This document shows, one piece after another, positions 9,171 through 16,885 of a stretch of DNA of 64,000 nucleotides (the first letter of the stretch is position 1; each line of letters starts with the position of its first letter). This DNA comes from Alphaproteobacteria bacterium. GTDB lineage: Bacteria; Pseudomonadota; Alphaproteobacteria; Rs-D84. The notes beneath the pieces are model-generated. The model saw only the letters and a program-made list of their open reading frames with translations, searched no databases and was not told the DNA's origin. The stretch lies in assembly GCA_017409215.1 (NCBI GenBank), contig JAFQTD010000029.1, positions 64,106-128,105 of the forward strand. Direction: 5' to 3'. A program made the translations under genes and the position numbers.

Positions 9171-9431
9171 TTAAGCCATTTTGGAAACTTTCTTGGCCAA
9201 ACGCGAAATTTTGCGAGCAGCACGTTTCTTGGGCATTACTTTGCCGGCTGCCTTCATAATTTTGCTTTCTGCATTGCGGGTGGCAACGATTGCAGCATCC
9301 TTGTCACCAGTTGTGATGGCAACAATTGCTTTTTTAGTCGCTGTTTTAACCGCGCTGCGACGTGCAGTGTTTATCGCGTTCTTTTTGGCCGAAACCAAAA
9401 TTCTTTTTTTAGATGACTTATGATTCGCCAC
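9171..9431 (-). CDS. rpsT: 30S ribosomal protein S20
   Basis: MANHKSSKKRILVSAKKNAINTARRSAVKT is the canonical S20 N-terminus. Length is 86 aa. Confidence 0.9.
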   Translation of the reverse strand: MANHKSSKKRILVSAKKNAINTARRSAVKTATKKAIVAITTGDKDAAIVATRNAESKIMKAAGKVMPKKRAARKISRLAKKVSKMA

Positions 9432-9504
9432 TTTATTTTCCTTTTATTTTTGATTTGATTTTGATATTTTATAAGAAACAAATATAAAATCAAGGAAAAA
9501 TAAC

Positions 9505-10092
9505 ATGATTTATTTAATTGCAATTTTTATCTCTTATTTATTAGGTAGTATTCCAATGGGATTGTTGTTGACCAAAATCGCAGGCAAGGGGGATTTAAGA
9601 AAGGTCGGCAGTGGTAATATTGGGGCAACCAATGTTATGCGTGTTGGGGGACTGCGTATGGCGGGATTGGTGTGGTTGCTTGATATGGCAAAGGCCATTG
9701 TTGCTGTTTTGTTGGGTAAGTATCTTGCCGGTGATGCGTTTGGCGCGTGGTGTGGTTTTGCAGCAATTGTGGGGCATTGTTATCCAATATGGTTGCGCTT
9801 TAAGGGGGGCAAGGGGATTTCGTCACTGTTTGGTGTAATGTTGGCGATGTCACCGTTGGTATTTGCGATTTGTGGGATTGAATGGTTGTTGGTTGCATTG
9901 TATTCGGGAATTTCTTCTTTGGGGGCAACAATTGTTTTTTGCCTGATTCCAATTTTGGGATTTGTTATGGGGACGGATATAGGTTGGGCATTTTTGGCAA
10001 TTGCATTGTTATGTATGTGGCGACATCGTGAAAATATTAAGCGATTGATTGCAAAAAGCGAATCGAAAATCGAATGGAAGTGGAAGAAATAA
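9505..10092 (+). CDS. plsY: glycerol-3-phosphate acyltransferase PlsY
   Basis: GSGNIGATNVMR motif in a 195-aa membrane protein of about 5 TM segments. Confidence 0.9.
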   Translation: MIYLIAIFISYLLGSIPMGLLLTKIAGKGDLRKVGSGNIGATNVMRVGGLRMAGLVWLLDMAKAIVAVLLGKYLAGDAFGAWCGFAAIVGHCYPIWLRFKGGKGISSLFGVMLAMSPLVFAICGIEWLLVALYSGISSLGATIVFCLIPILGFVMGTDIGWAFLAIALLCMWRHRENIKRLIAKSESKIEWKWKK

Positions 10093-10153
10093 CTTTTATC
10101 TTTATTTTAGTTGAATTTTGTGGTATTATTACTTTGATGAGAGGAAAGTGATT

Positions 10154-10990
10154 ATGAAAAGATTGTATCCATTGTTTTTTTGTTTGACTTCGTTGGTTGT
10201 TGTTGATGCGTGGGCCATCAATCCGATTAGAAATTCTTCTTCGGGGCGTGTTATGACAGCGCAGAGGGCAGGGGTTGTTTCGAAGAAACAGGTTTCTGTA
10301 AATGCCCCGCAGACTGAAAAATTGTCTGATGTAGCGACGACAGAAACGGTTGATGATTCTGCCGCGGTTGCAGAAGAAGTTAAGGCCACTGAAAAAGATA
10401 TGCGTGAAAAAGAACGTATGGCATGTATGGCAAATAATATCGGTGTAAGTAATACTTTTGTTTGGGCATCACGTTATAGTGATACGTCGAATTATGCCAC
10501 AATGGTAGAGGATGTAGAGGTGCCAGATAATAATGTCTGTTTTGTAAAGGCGGCGTTGAAATCAAAAGATCCAAAAATTGATGTTTCTGGTGTGCCTGCA
10601 AAATACTTTGAAATGGGACAGGTTGTGACCTGTGGTGGTTGGGCTGATTATGATTCGTTGAAACAGCAGATATTGGATGCGAAAAAGAAAGGCCGTACAC
10701 TGGGGACGATTGCATCTGTTGTTGGTGCCGCAGGTGTCGGTGTTGGCGCGATGGAATTGTTTGGTAATAAATTAATTGGTGGCAAGGTCGAAGGACAAGT
10801 GAGTTTAGGTGATACAGAATTCTTGCGGTCTGAATTGTTGATTTTACAAAAAGAAGATGTTGCGAAATACAATGAATTTACAGAGAAGTTGAAAGAATTA
10901 GCCGAAGAATGTGGGGATGATAAAGAAAACGAATATTGTAAAAAGTATGTTAAGTTGCACGATTTGATGTTCCCAAAAAACGCTAAGTAA
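10154..10990 (+). CDS. secreted Cys-domain / glycine-zipper protein, paralogue of 39698-40585
   Basis: The ATG at 10154 is preceded by GAGGAAAG. It has a signal peptide (MKRLYPLFFCLTSLVVVDAWA). About 190 C-terminal residues align by eye with the 39698 protein; I estimate more than half the positions are identical (NTFVWA, NNVCFVK, GTIASVVGxAGxGVGAMELFGNKLIGGKV). Confidence 0.6.
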   Translation: MKRLYPLFFCLTSLVVVDAWAINPIRNSSSGRVMTAQRAGVVSKKQVSVNAPQTEKLSDVATTETVDDSAAVAEEVKATEKDMREKERMACMANNIGVSNTFVWASRYSDTSNYATMVEDVEVPDNNVCFVKAALKSKDPKIDVSGVPAKYFEMGQVVTCGGWADYDSLKQQILDAKKKGRTLGTIASVVGAAGVGVGAMELFGNKLIGGKVEGQVSLGDTEFLRSELLILQKEDVAKYNEFTEKLKELAEECGDDKENEYCKKYVKLHDLMFPKNAK

Positions 10991-11006
10991 GAAGGTAATA
11001 AAGAAT

Positions 11007-11034
11007 AAAAAAAACCTGCGCAAGCAGGTTTTTT
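11007..11034 (+). terminator. Rho-independent terminator
   Basis: AAAAAAAACCTGC-GCAA-GCAGGTTTTTT. Confidence 0.75.
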
Positions 11035-11084
11035 AATAGAATATTGTTCTTTATTTAATTGTGATGGTTTTATATTATAAGAGT

Positions 11085-12110
11085 ATGTCAGATATTTATA
11101 AAAAATTATTGATTTTGCGTACCCCTGGGATTGGACCTGTAAAGTTTAATTCATTAATTAACCGATTCGGTGATATTGATTCGGTTGTACAATCTTTGGG
11201 GGCAGATGTTGCCTTTTGTGATTCTGTTAAACGTGAAATGGACAAGGCGGCACAGTTAGGAATACATTATTTATCAGATGATGATGTGTTGTATCCGGCG
11301 AATCTAAGAAAAATAAAAAATCATCCGCCTGTGATTTCTGTGCGTGGCAATTTAGATTCTTTATCAAGACCGATGGTGTCGATTGTTGGTACACGACATG
11401 CAACAGTTGCAGGGATGAATTTTGTTGCGGATTTGGCACAGGCGCTGGCGAATTCGGGTACGGTCGTGGTATCTGGTATGGCAATTGGTACAGATACGGC
11501 TGCACATTATGGGGCATTACGTGCGCAGGGAAATATGCAGACCATTGCGGTCTTGGCAGGTGGGGTGGATTATGTTTGGCCACTGGAAAACGAATCGTTG
11601 TATTATCAAATAATGGAACGTGGTGCTTTAATAAGTGAGATGCCAGTTGGCTTTGTGCCGGTTGCAACAAACTTTGTACAGCGTAATAGGTGGGTTGCGG
11701 GATTGGCGGACAAACTGATTCTGGGCGAGGCTGATTTAAAGTCTGGTTCGATGACAACGGCGCGATTCGCAATCGATTATGGACGTGATTTATGGGCGAT
11801 ACCGTCGCATCCCGCAGATTTACGCGCAGTTGGGCCGAATTCATTGATTCGTTCTGGTGATGCTAAATTATGTATGGGAATAGATGATTTTGTGAATTTA
11901 GAAAATAAACAAACAAAAAACCAAAAAAATTTTGAAAATTTAAAAAGGGAAAATAATCTTCTTGATGCTTTAGGAACAAATCCAGTGTCAGAATCTGTAT
12001 TGGCAGATGTTGTCAAAAAAAGTGTTTCGGAAATTAAACAGGATTTGGTCGTGTTGGAATTGCAGGGTTTAATTCAAAAAGTTGATGGCGGTTATGTTCG
12101 TTTGAATTAG
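11085..12110 (+). CDS. dprA: DNA processing protein DprA
   Basis: Blocks GIGPVKF, VSIVGTRHAT and VVSGMAIGTDTAAHYGAL are typical of DprA/Smf. The start is uncertain: GTG 11061, ATG 11064 or ATG 11085. Confidence 0.8.
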   Translation: MSDIYKKLLILRTPGIGPVKFNSLINRFGDIDSVVQSLGADVAFCDSVKREMDKAAQLGIHYLSDDDVLYPANLRKIKNHPPVISVRGNLDSLSRPMVSIVGTRHATVAGMNFVADLAQALANSGTVVVSGMAIGTDTAAHYGALRAQGNMQTIAVLAGGVDYVWPLENESLYYQIMERGALISEMPVGFVPVATNFVQRNRWVAGLADKLILGEADLKSGSMTTARFAIDYGRDLWAIPSHPADLRAVGPNSLIRSGDAKLCMGIDDFVNLENKQTKNQKNFENLKRENNLLDALGTNPVSESVLADVVKKSVSEIKQDLVVLELQGLIQKVDGGYVRLN

Positions 12111-12464
12111 ATAAAATGTATATACAGTGTATATACAAAGGGCAGAAAACAGCCAAAAAAACGAATCGTTGTCAAAAAATAAATGTTCAAAAATCGTTTA
12201 ATATTTAGTTGTAAATTGATTTTTATATTCTAAATTATCAGACGTATCCAAAAGAAAAATAAACAAACAAATTAAAGCGAGAGAGTTTTACGTAGGAATA
12301 AAAAATATTTGTTAATTCTGTGAATGGTGATTTGATTTTAGAAAGGAAAAATTAATATCACAATTTGTAAAAATGGAATTAATAGGTATTTTCCCCGGGG
12401 TGGTTTTTATAACCTTGGGCGGGATGGGAAAATCTTTCTCGGAAGGAAGGAAAGGAGAAATAAT

Positions 12465-13751
12465 ATGCAGGCACAAACCGCGGCAAAAACACAAATGACA
12501 AACTTGGAAATTATCAAGGGGGCCATTGCCGCAAAAATGGATTCTGCATCTTTTACTTCTTGGATTGCGCCTTTGGCCATGGATGTTGTTGATGGAAATT
12601 TGGTCTTGTGTGCACAAAATCAATTCTCGGCTGATTTTATTACAAGTGTTCATAAAACAATCTTGGCTGATGTTGCTGCAGAATTTGGACTGGGGTTGGA
12701 TATCGTTGTTCGCAACAGTGCAACACGTGCAATTGCACCAATTGCAAATGATAATCAGGCACAGGTATATGCACCTGTTGTAAAGACTGTTGCGGATTCT
12801 GTTAATTTTGATAGTTTTATTACATCTGATGAAAATGCATTTGTTGTATGTGCATGCAAAAAGTTGGCAACAGGTACTGCGCCATTCACACAATTGTTTA
12901 TTTATGGTGTGGCGGGTTGTGGAAAATCTTTGTTGGCAGATTGTATCGCAGGTGCATGTGCGGGTCGTGTTGTTAAAATGTCTGGTGCACAATTTGTTTC
13001 TGAATTTACACGTTCTTTGAAAGAACATAATGTTTTTGCGTTTAAAGATTTCTGCCGTAATTGCAATTTGTTTATCTTGGATGATGTTCAGGCGTTGGCT
13101 GGTAAAAAGGCATCAACCGAAGAATTTTTGCAATTGATTGTTGATTTGCGTAATGCGGGTAAAAATGTTGTCTTGACAGCAGATTCTGCCCCCAGTAATT
13201 TGACAGGTTTTGATCGTCATTCTCAGGGTGTTTTGGCATCTGGTTTGGTTGCAGATGTTGCTGCACCAAACGCACATGTCAAGACTGTTATCTTGCAACG
13301 TGCAGGTGTCAAGGCAGATGTTGCATCTGCTCTGGCCGCACGCGTTGCAAATGATGGACACTTGGTTGCAGGTGTTGCAACAAAAATCAAGACATATGTT
13401 GACTTGATGGGTGCAGATGTTGATATTGATGTTGCAAAACGTCTGTTGGCAGATACATTAACAGCCGTTAAAACACCAAACGCGATGGTTCGTGATATGT
13501 GTGAAAAGTTGGGGGTTTCATACGATGCAGTTTGTGGAAATGGTCGTAGTCGCAACCTGGTTTTTGCGCGTCAAATAATGATGGTTGTATTAAAGAATGC
13601 GACATCTTTATCCTTGGTGGAAATCGGAAATTTTGTTGGTGGTCGCGATCACGCAACAGTGTTGTATGCGGTAAAACAGATTGAAAAACAAAAGGCAACA
13701 GACTTGGTGTTGGCAGCGCAGATAGAACAATTTATCGCGGACTGCAAATAA
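12465..13751 (+). CDS. dnaA: chromosomal replication initiator DnaA
   Basis: Walker A GVAGCGKS, LFILDDVQALAGK, and the C-terminal DNA-binding signature IGNFVGGRDHATVLYAVKQIEK. Confidence 0.9.
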   Translation: MQAQTAAKTQMTNLEIIKGAIAAKMDSASFTSWIAPLAMDVVDGNLVLCAQNQFSADFITSVHKTILADVAAEFGLGLDIVVRNSATRAIAPIANDNQAQVYAPVVKTVADSVNFDSFITSDENAFVVCACKKLATGTAPFTQLFIYGVAGCGKSLLADCIAGACAGRVVKMSGAQFVSEFTRSLKEHNVFAFKDFCRNCNLFILDDVQALAGKKASTEEFLQLIVDLRNAGKNVVLTADSAPSNLTGFDRHSQGVLASGLVADVAAPNAHVKTVILQRAGVKADVASALAARVANDGHLVAGVATKIKTYVDLMGADVDIDVAKRLLADTLTAVKTPNAMVRDMCEKLGVSYDAVCGNGRSRNLVFARQIMMVVLKNATSLSLVEIGNFVGGRDHATVLYAVKQIEKQKATDLVLAAQIEQFIADCK

Positions 13752-13856
13752 AAATTAAATATAATAATTCATCTAAACGCGGTGCCGGAAACTTATGTAT
13801 CTTTTGTACACGTCGTTTCCGGCACTGCGTTTATCTAAACCATTCTATTTAATTTT
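13752..13856 (+). repeat. DR-hairpin-DR element (best-preserved copy)
   Basis: It starts right after the dnaA stop codon. The layout is AAATTAAATATAAT..ATCTAAA, a stem at 13778-13792, a loop TTATGTATCTTTTGTACAC(GTC), a stem at 13815-13829, then TTTATCTAAACCATTCTATTTAATTTT. Confidence 0.8.
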
Positions 13857-14110
13857 AAGCTCTGCAAGGGTGGAAAATATGTCCCTGCGGGGCAATGGAT
13901 ACCCGCCTGCGCGGGTATGACGATGAACGAGGTCGGGGCCCGATACGCAGGAATGACGAATAGAGAGTAGCGGGGCGTGATGCGGGAATGACGGGCGTAT
14001 TGGTGTGGGTGTAATAAGTCCCTGCGGGGCAATGGATTCCTGCCTGCGCAGGAATGACGAGTGTGGGGCGGGGGCCGATACGCGGGAATGACGAAGAGAG
14101 TGGACGTGGG
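13857..14110 (+). repeat. REP-like composite array (GTCCCTGCGGGGCAATGGATxCCxGCCTGCGCxGGxATGACGA units plus GGGGCCxGATACGxGGAATGACGA units)
   Basis: Long units at 13881-13923 and 14018-14060. Short units at about 13936-13960 and 14072-14098. The same modules occur at 43.6 kb and 63.5 kb. Confidence 0.8.
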
Positions 14111-14116
14111 CGAAAA

Positions 14117-14146
14117 TAAAAAAACCGTCGTGGGACGGTTTTTTTA
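14117..14146. terminator. bidirectional Rho-independent terminator (yebC and the dnaA side)
   Basis: AAAAAAAACCGTC-GTGG-GACGGTTTTTTT. Confidence 0.75.
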
Positions 14147-14164
14147 TTTTGTGATAAAGATATG

Positions 14165-14881
14165 TTATGCCGCGGCGGTAAAGACCTTTTGAACGTCGTC
14201 GTTTGCGTCCAGTGCATCGACCAATTTTTCAATCTTGGCATATGCTTCATCGTCTAAATCCATTGGCATATTTGGCAACCAGGTCAGTTCAGCCTGTTCA
14301 GGTTCGCCCAGTTTGTCTGCCAATATCTTTTGTGCAGTGATAAAATCTTCGGGTTTTGTGGTGATAATAAAACCTTCTTCACTGGTTTCCAGATTGTCTG
14401 CGTTCGCATCCATAATGATTTCCATCATTTCATCTTCGGTCTTGCCAATTGATGCAGGGTACATAATTTGACCCGCACGCGTAAACATAAACACAACCGA
14501 GCCTTCTTCGCCCATATTGCCACCGTTCTTGGCAAAAATATTGCGGATTTCAGGTACTGTGCGACGTGGGTTGTCGGTTAAAGCCTCTACAATAACGGGG
14601 ACTGCCCCAGGGCCATAACCTTCGTATCTGACGGATTCATAGTTTTCTGTGTTTGCACCAGATGCCTTGTCAATCGCGCGCTTGATATTATCGTTTGGCA
14701 TTGAATTTTTGCGCGCAGTTAAGATTGCCAAGCGCAGACGTGGATTGTTGTCGGGACTCTTGTCACCCAGTTTTGCCGCCATTGTTATTTCGCGTGCAAG
14801 TTTTGTGAATAATCCACTGCGGGCGGCGTCTGCTGCGCCCTTTTTGTGCTGAATGTTATGCCATTTACTGTGTCCACTCAT
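14165..14881 (-). CDS. yebC: YebC/PmpR family transcriptional regulator
   Basis: MSGHSKWHNIQHKKGAADAARSGLFTKL is the canonical YebC N-terminus. Length is 238 aa. Confidence 0.9.
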   Translation of the reverse strand: MSGHSKWHNIQHKKGAADAARSGLFTKLAREITMAAKLGDKSPDNNPRLRLAILTARKNSMPNDNIKRAIDKASGANTENYESVRYEGYGPGAVPVIVEALTDNPRRTVPEIRNIFAKNGGNMGEEGSVVFMFTRAGQIMYPASIGKTEDEMMEIIMDANADNLETSEEGFIITTKPEDFITAQKILADKLGEPEQAELTWLPNMPMDLDDEAYAKIEKLVDALDANDDVQKVFTAAA

Positions 14882-14931
14882 ATTTGACCTTTTTATTATT
14901 TTAGATTAAAATTACCATAAAAGGATAACAA

Positions 14932-15519
14932 ATGATTGGAAAATTGCAAGGTATTGTTGATTATATTGGTGATGGTTTTGTTATTTTGTTAACAGGTGGG
15001 GTCGGGTACAAGGTCTTTACCGCAGAATACTTGACGCACAAGGCAACGGTTGAGTTGTGGATTGAAACTGTTGTGCGCGAAGATTCAATCAGATTGTTCG
15101 GTTTTACAACAATTGCAAATCAAAATTTATTTAATATGTTGACCGCGGTGTCGGGGGTCGGACCAAAGGTCGCATTGGCAATATTGGGAACGATAAGTTC
15201 AGATGTGCTGATGTCTGCCATCGCAACAGGGGATGCAAAAACAATCGCAACTGCCCCAGGGGTCGGTAAAAAAATGGCAGAAAAAATTATCGTGGAATTG
15301 AAAAATAAAATCGGGGGCGGGGTGGTATCAATGTTTGCACCAGAAGCCACAGTTGCAACAGGGGGGGCGTTGCCAGACCTGTTGGCGGCACTGGAGGCAC
15401 TGGGGTATCGCAGGTTGGACGTGTTGGATATGGCGCAAAAGTTAGTGTTGGCAAATCCAGCGGCTGATGTGTCGCGTTTGGTTCCAATGGCACTGAAAGA
15501 AATAAGCAAGGGAAAATAG
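14932..15519 (+). CDS. ruvA: Holliday junction DNA helicase subunit RuvA
   Basis: MIGKLQG..GVGYKV, the HhH motifs VSGVGPKVALAIL and APGVGKKMAEKI, and a 195-aa length. Confidence 0.85.
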   Translation: MIGKLQGIVDYIGDGFVILLTGGVGYKVFTAEYLTHKATVELWIETVVREDSIRLFGFTTIANQNLFNMLTAVSGVGPKVALAILGTISSDVLMSAIATGDAKTIATAPGVGKKMAEKIIVELKNKIGGGVVSMFAPEATVATGGALPDLLAALEALGYRRLDVLDMAQKLVLANPAADVSRLVPMALKEISKGK

Positions 15520-15523
15520 CAAG

Positions 15524-16840
15524 ATGAATAATGATATTATTTTTGCGTTATCAAGTGGGCAGGCTAAATCAGGGGTCGCGGTAATTCGTATCAGCGGTGA
15601 AAATCTGCGCGATATATTTTCAAAATTTATAAATAAGTCTGATGTTAAAAATCGTTATGCGTACTTTACGAATCTGTGCGATGATAGTGGCGATTTGATT
15701 GACCAATGTTTGCTGGTCTATTTTCCAGCACCAAATTCGTTCACAGGTCAGGATGTTATAGAAATTCATACGCATGGCGCACCAGCAGTGATTGAAAAAA
15801 CTTTTGAATATTTAACGTCTTTGGGTATGCGAATCGCAACGCGTGGGGAATTTTCAAAGCGCGCGTTCTTTAATAATAAAATGGACTTGGCAGATGTTGA
15901 TGGTTTGGCGGCATTGCTGGATGCGCAGACAGATAAACAACGAAAGTTCGCGTTGAAATCTATGCTGGGGGGGGATAGTGATGTTTATAATTTGTGGCGG
16001 ACACAAATGCTGGAAATTTCTGCGTATGCGGCGGCTATGCTGGATTATAGCCCTGATGATTTGCCGTTGAATATTGGTCAGACAATATTAGCGCGTGTTG
16101 AAAAACTGCACAGGGAAATAAGTGCTGCGTTGGATTCTTATAAGGTGGCGCGCGCAATTCGTGGCGGAATTAATGTTGTGCTGGTTGGTGAAACGAATGT
16201 CGGAAAATCGTCAATCTTTAATTATATGGTCGGGGCAAATCGCGCAATTGTGTCGGATATAGCGGGGACTACGCGCGATGTTGTGTCGGCAACAATCGAT
16301 GTCGATGGGTTCTTGGTTAATTTAAATGATACAGCAGGCTTGCGCGAAACAGATGATGAAATCGAATCTATTGGAATTGAAAAAACCAAGGCGGAAATTG
16401 AAAATTCTGATATTATAATTCGGGTCTATACGCCAGAAAATATACCCTTGTACAGAATTGATGATACGCGTATTGGACCAAATCCAAATATTTATGTTGT
16501 AAATAAAATAGATACATCAGATTGCTTTGATGAAAGTTTCGGAATTAATGTTTCTGTGAAAACAGGCGAAGGTATGCAGGTGCTGATGAATGCACTGCGT
16601 GCGACAATTCACGAAATGTTTGATGGGGCAGAAGCAGGTGTGGTGGTTAATACGCGTACGAAGTCTTTGTTAGAGCAGGCGGAAAAAGAATTAAATGCGG
16701 CATTGAATGTTGGTGATAATTATGACCTGTTGGCGGAACATGTGCGTGGGGCAGCAGATGCAATCGGTAAAATATTGGGCGTGATTACAGCGACAGAAGT
16801 GTTGGATACCACATTTGGACAGTTGTGTCTGGGTAAGTAA
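15524..16840 (+). CDS. mnmE: tRNA modification GTPase MnmE
   Basis: DIIFALSSG...AVIRISG N-terminus, G-domain motifs GETNVGKSS and DTAGLRET, and the C-terminal FCLGK motif. Confidence 0.9.
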   Translation: MNNDIIFALSSGQAKSGVAVIRISGENLRDIFSKFINKSDVKNRYAYFTNLCDDSGDLIDQCLLVYFPAPNSFTGQDVIEIHTHGAPAVIEKTFEYLTSLGMRIATRGEFSKRAFFNNKMDLADVDGLAALLDAQTDKQRKFALKSMLGGDSDVYNLWRTQMLEISAYAAAMLDYSPDDLPLNIGQTILARVEKLHREISAALDSYKVARAIRGGINVVLVGETNVGKSSIFNYMVGANRAIVSDIAGTTRDVVSATIDVDGFLVNLNDTAGLRETDDEIESIGIEKTKAEIENSDIIIRVYTPENIPLYRIDDTRIGPNPNIYVVNKIDTSDCFDESFGINVSVKTGEGMQVLMNALRATIHEMFDGAEAGVVVNTRTKSLLEQAEKELNAALNVGDNYDLLAEHVRGAADAIGKILGVITATEVLDTTFGQLCLGK

Positions 16841-16885
16841 AATCTGTTCGTATTAGTGCCAAATTTGTGATATAATTTGCAAGAT

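Noticed and set aside
9090-9423. Plus-strand ORFs (108 aa and 80 aa) overlapping rpsT.
   Set aside because: They are antisense to the unmistakable S20 gene.
12312-13028. 238-aa minus-strand ORF overlapping the 5-prime half of dnaA.
   Set aside because: It is antisense to a confidently identified gene. Its translation is low-complexity (Cys/Asn/Thr/Ile-rich) with no motifs. It is a typical shadow ORF in AT-rich DNA.
13752-13856. The hairpin element interpreted as an integron attC site, a dif/Xer site or a CtrA box.
   Set aside because: attC sites have conserved outer R/L boxes and a variable centre, which is the opposite of what is seen here. The loop resembles the dif XerD arm only over TTATGT. 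The TTAA-N7-TTAAC spacing is not met (TTAATTTTCAAAATTAAC has N9). None of these assignments is supportable by eye.
13835-14250. ORFs of 131 aa and 65 aa (minus strand) across the repeat array after dnaA, and the similar ORF at 43565-43747.
   Set aside because: Their translations (…VIPAQAGIHCPAGTY…, …SFPRRRVSIAPQGH…) are simply the REP-like units read through. Such peptides are well-known spurious annotations of this repeat type.
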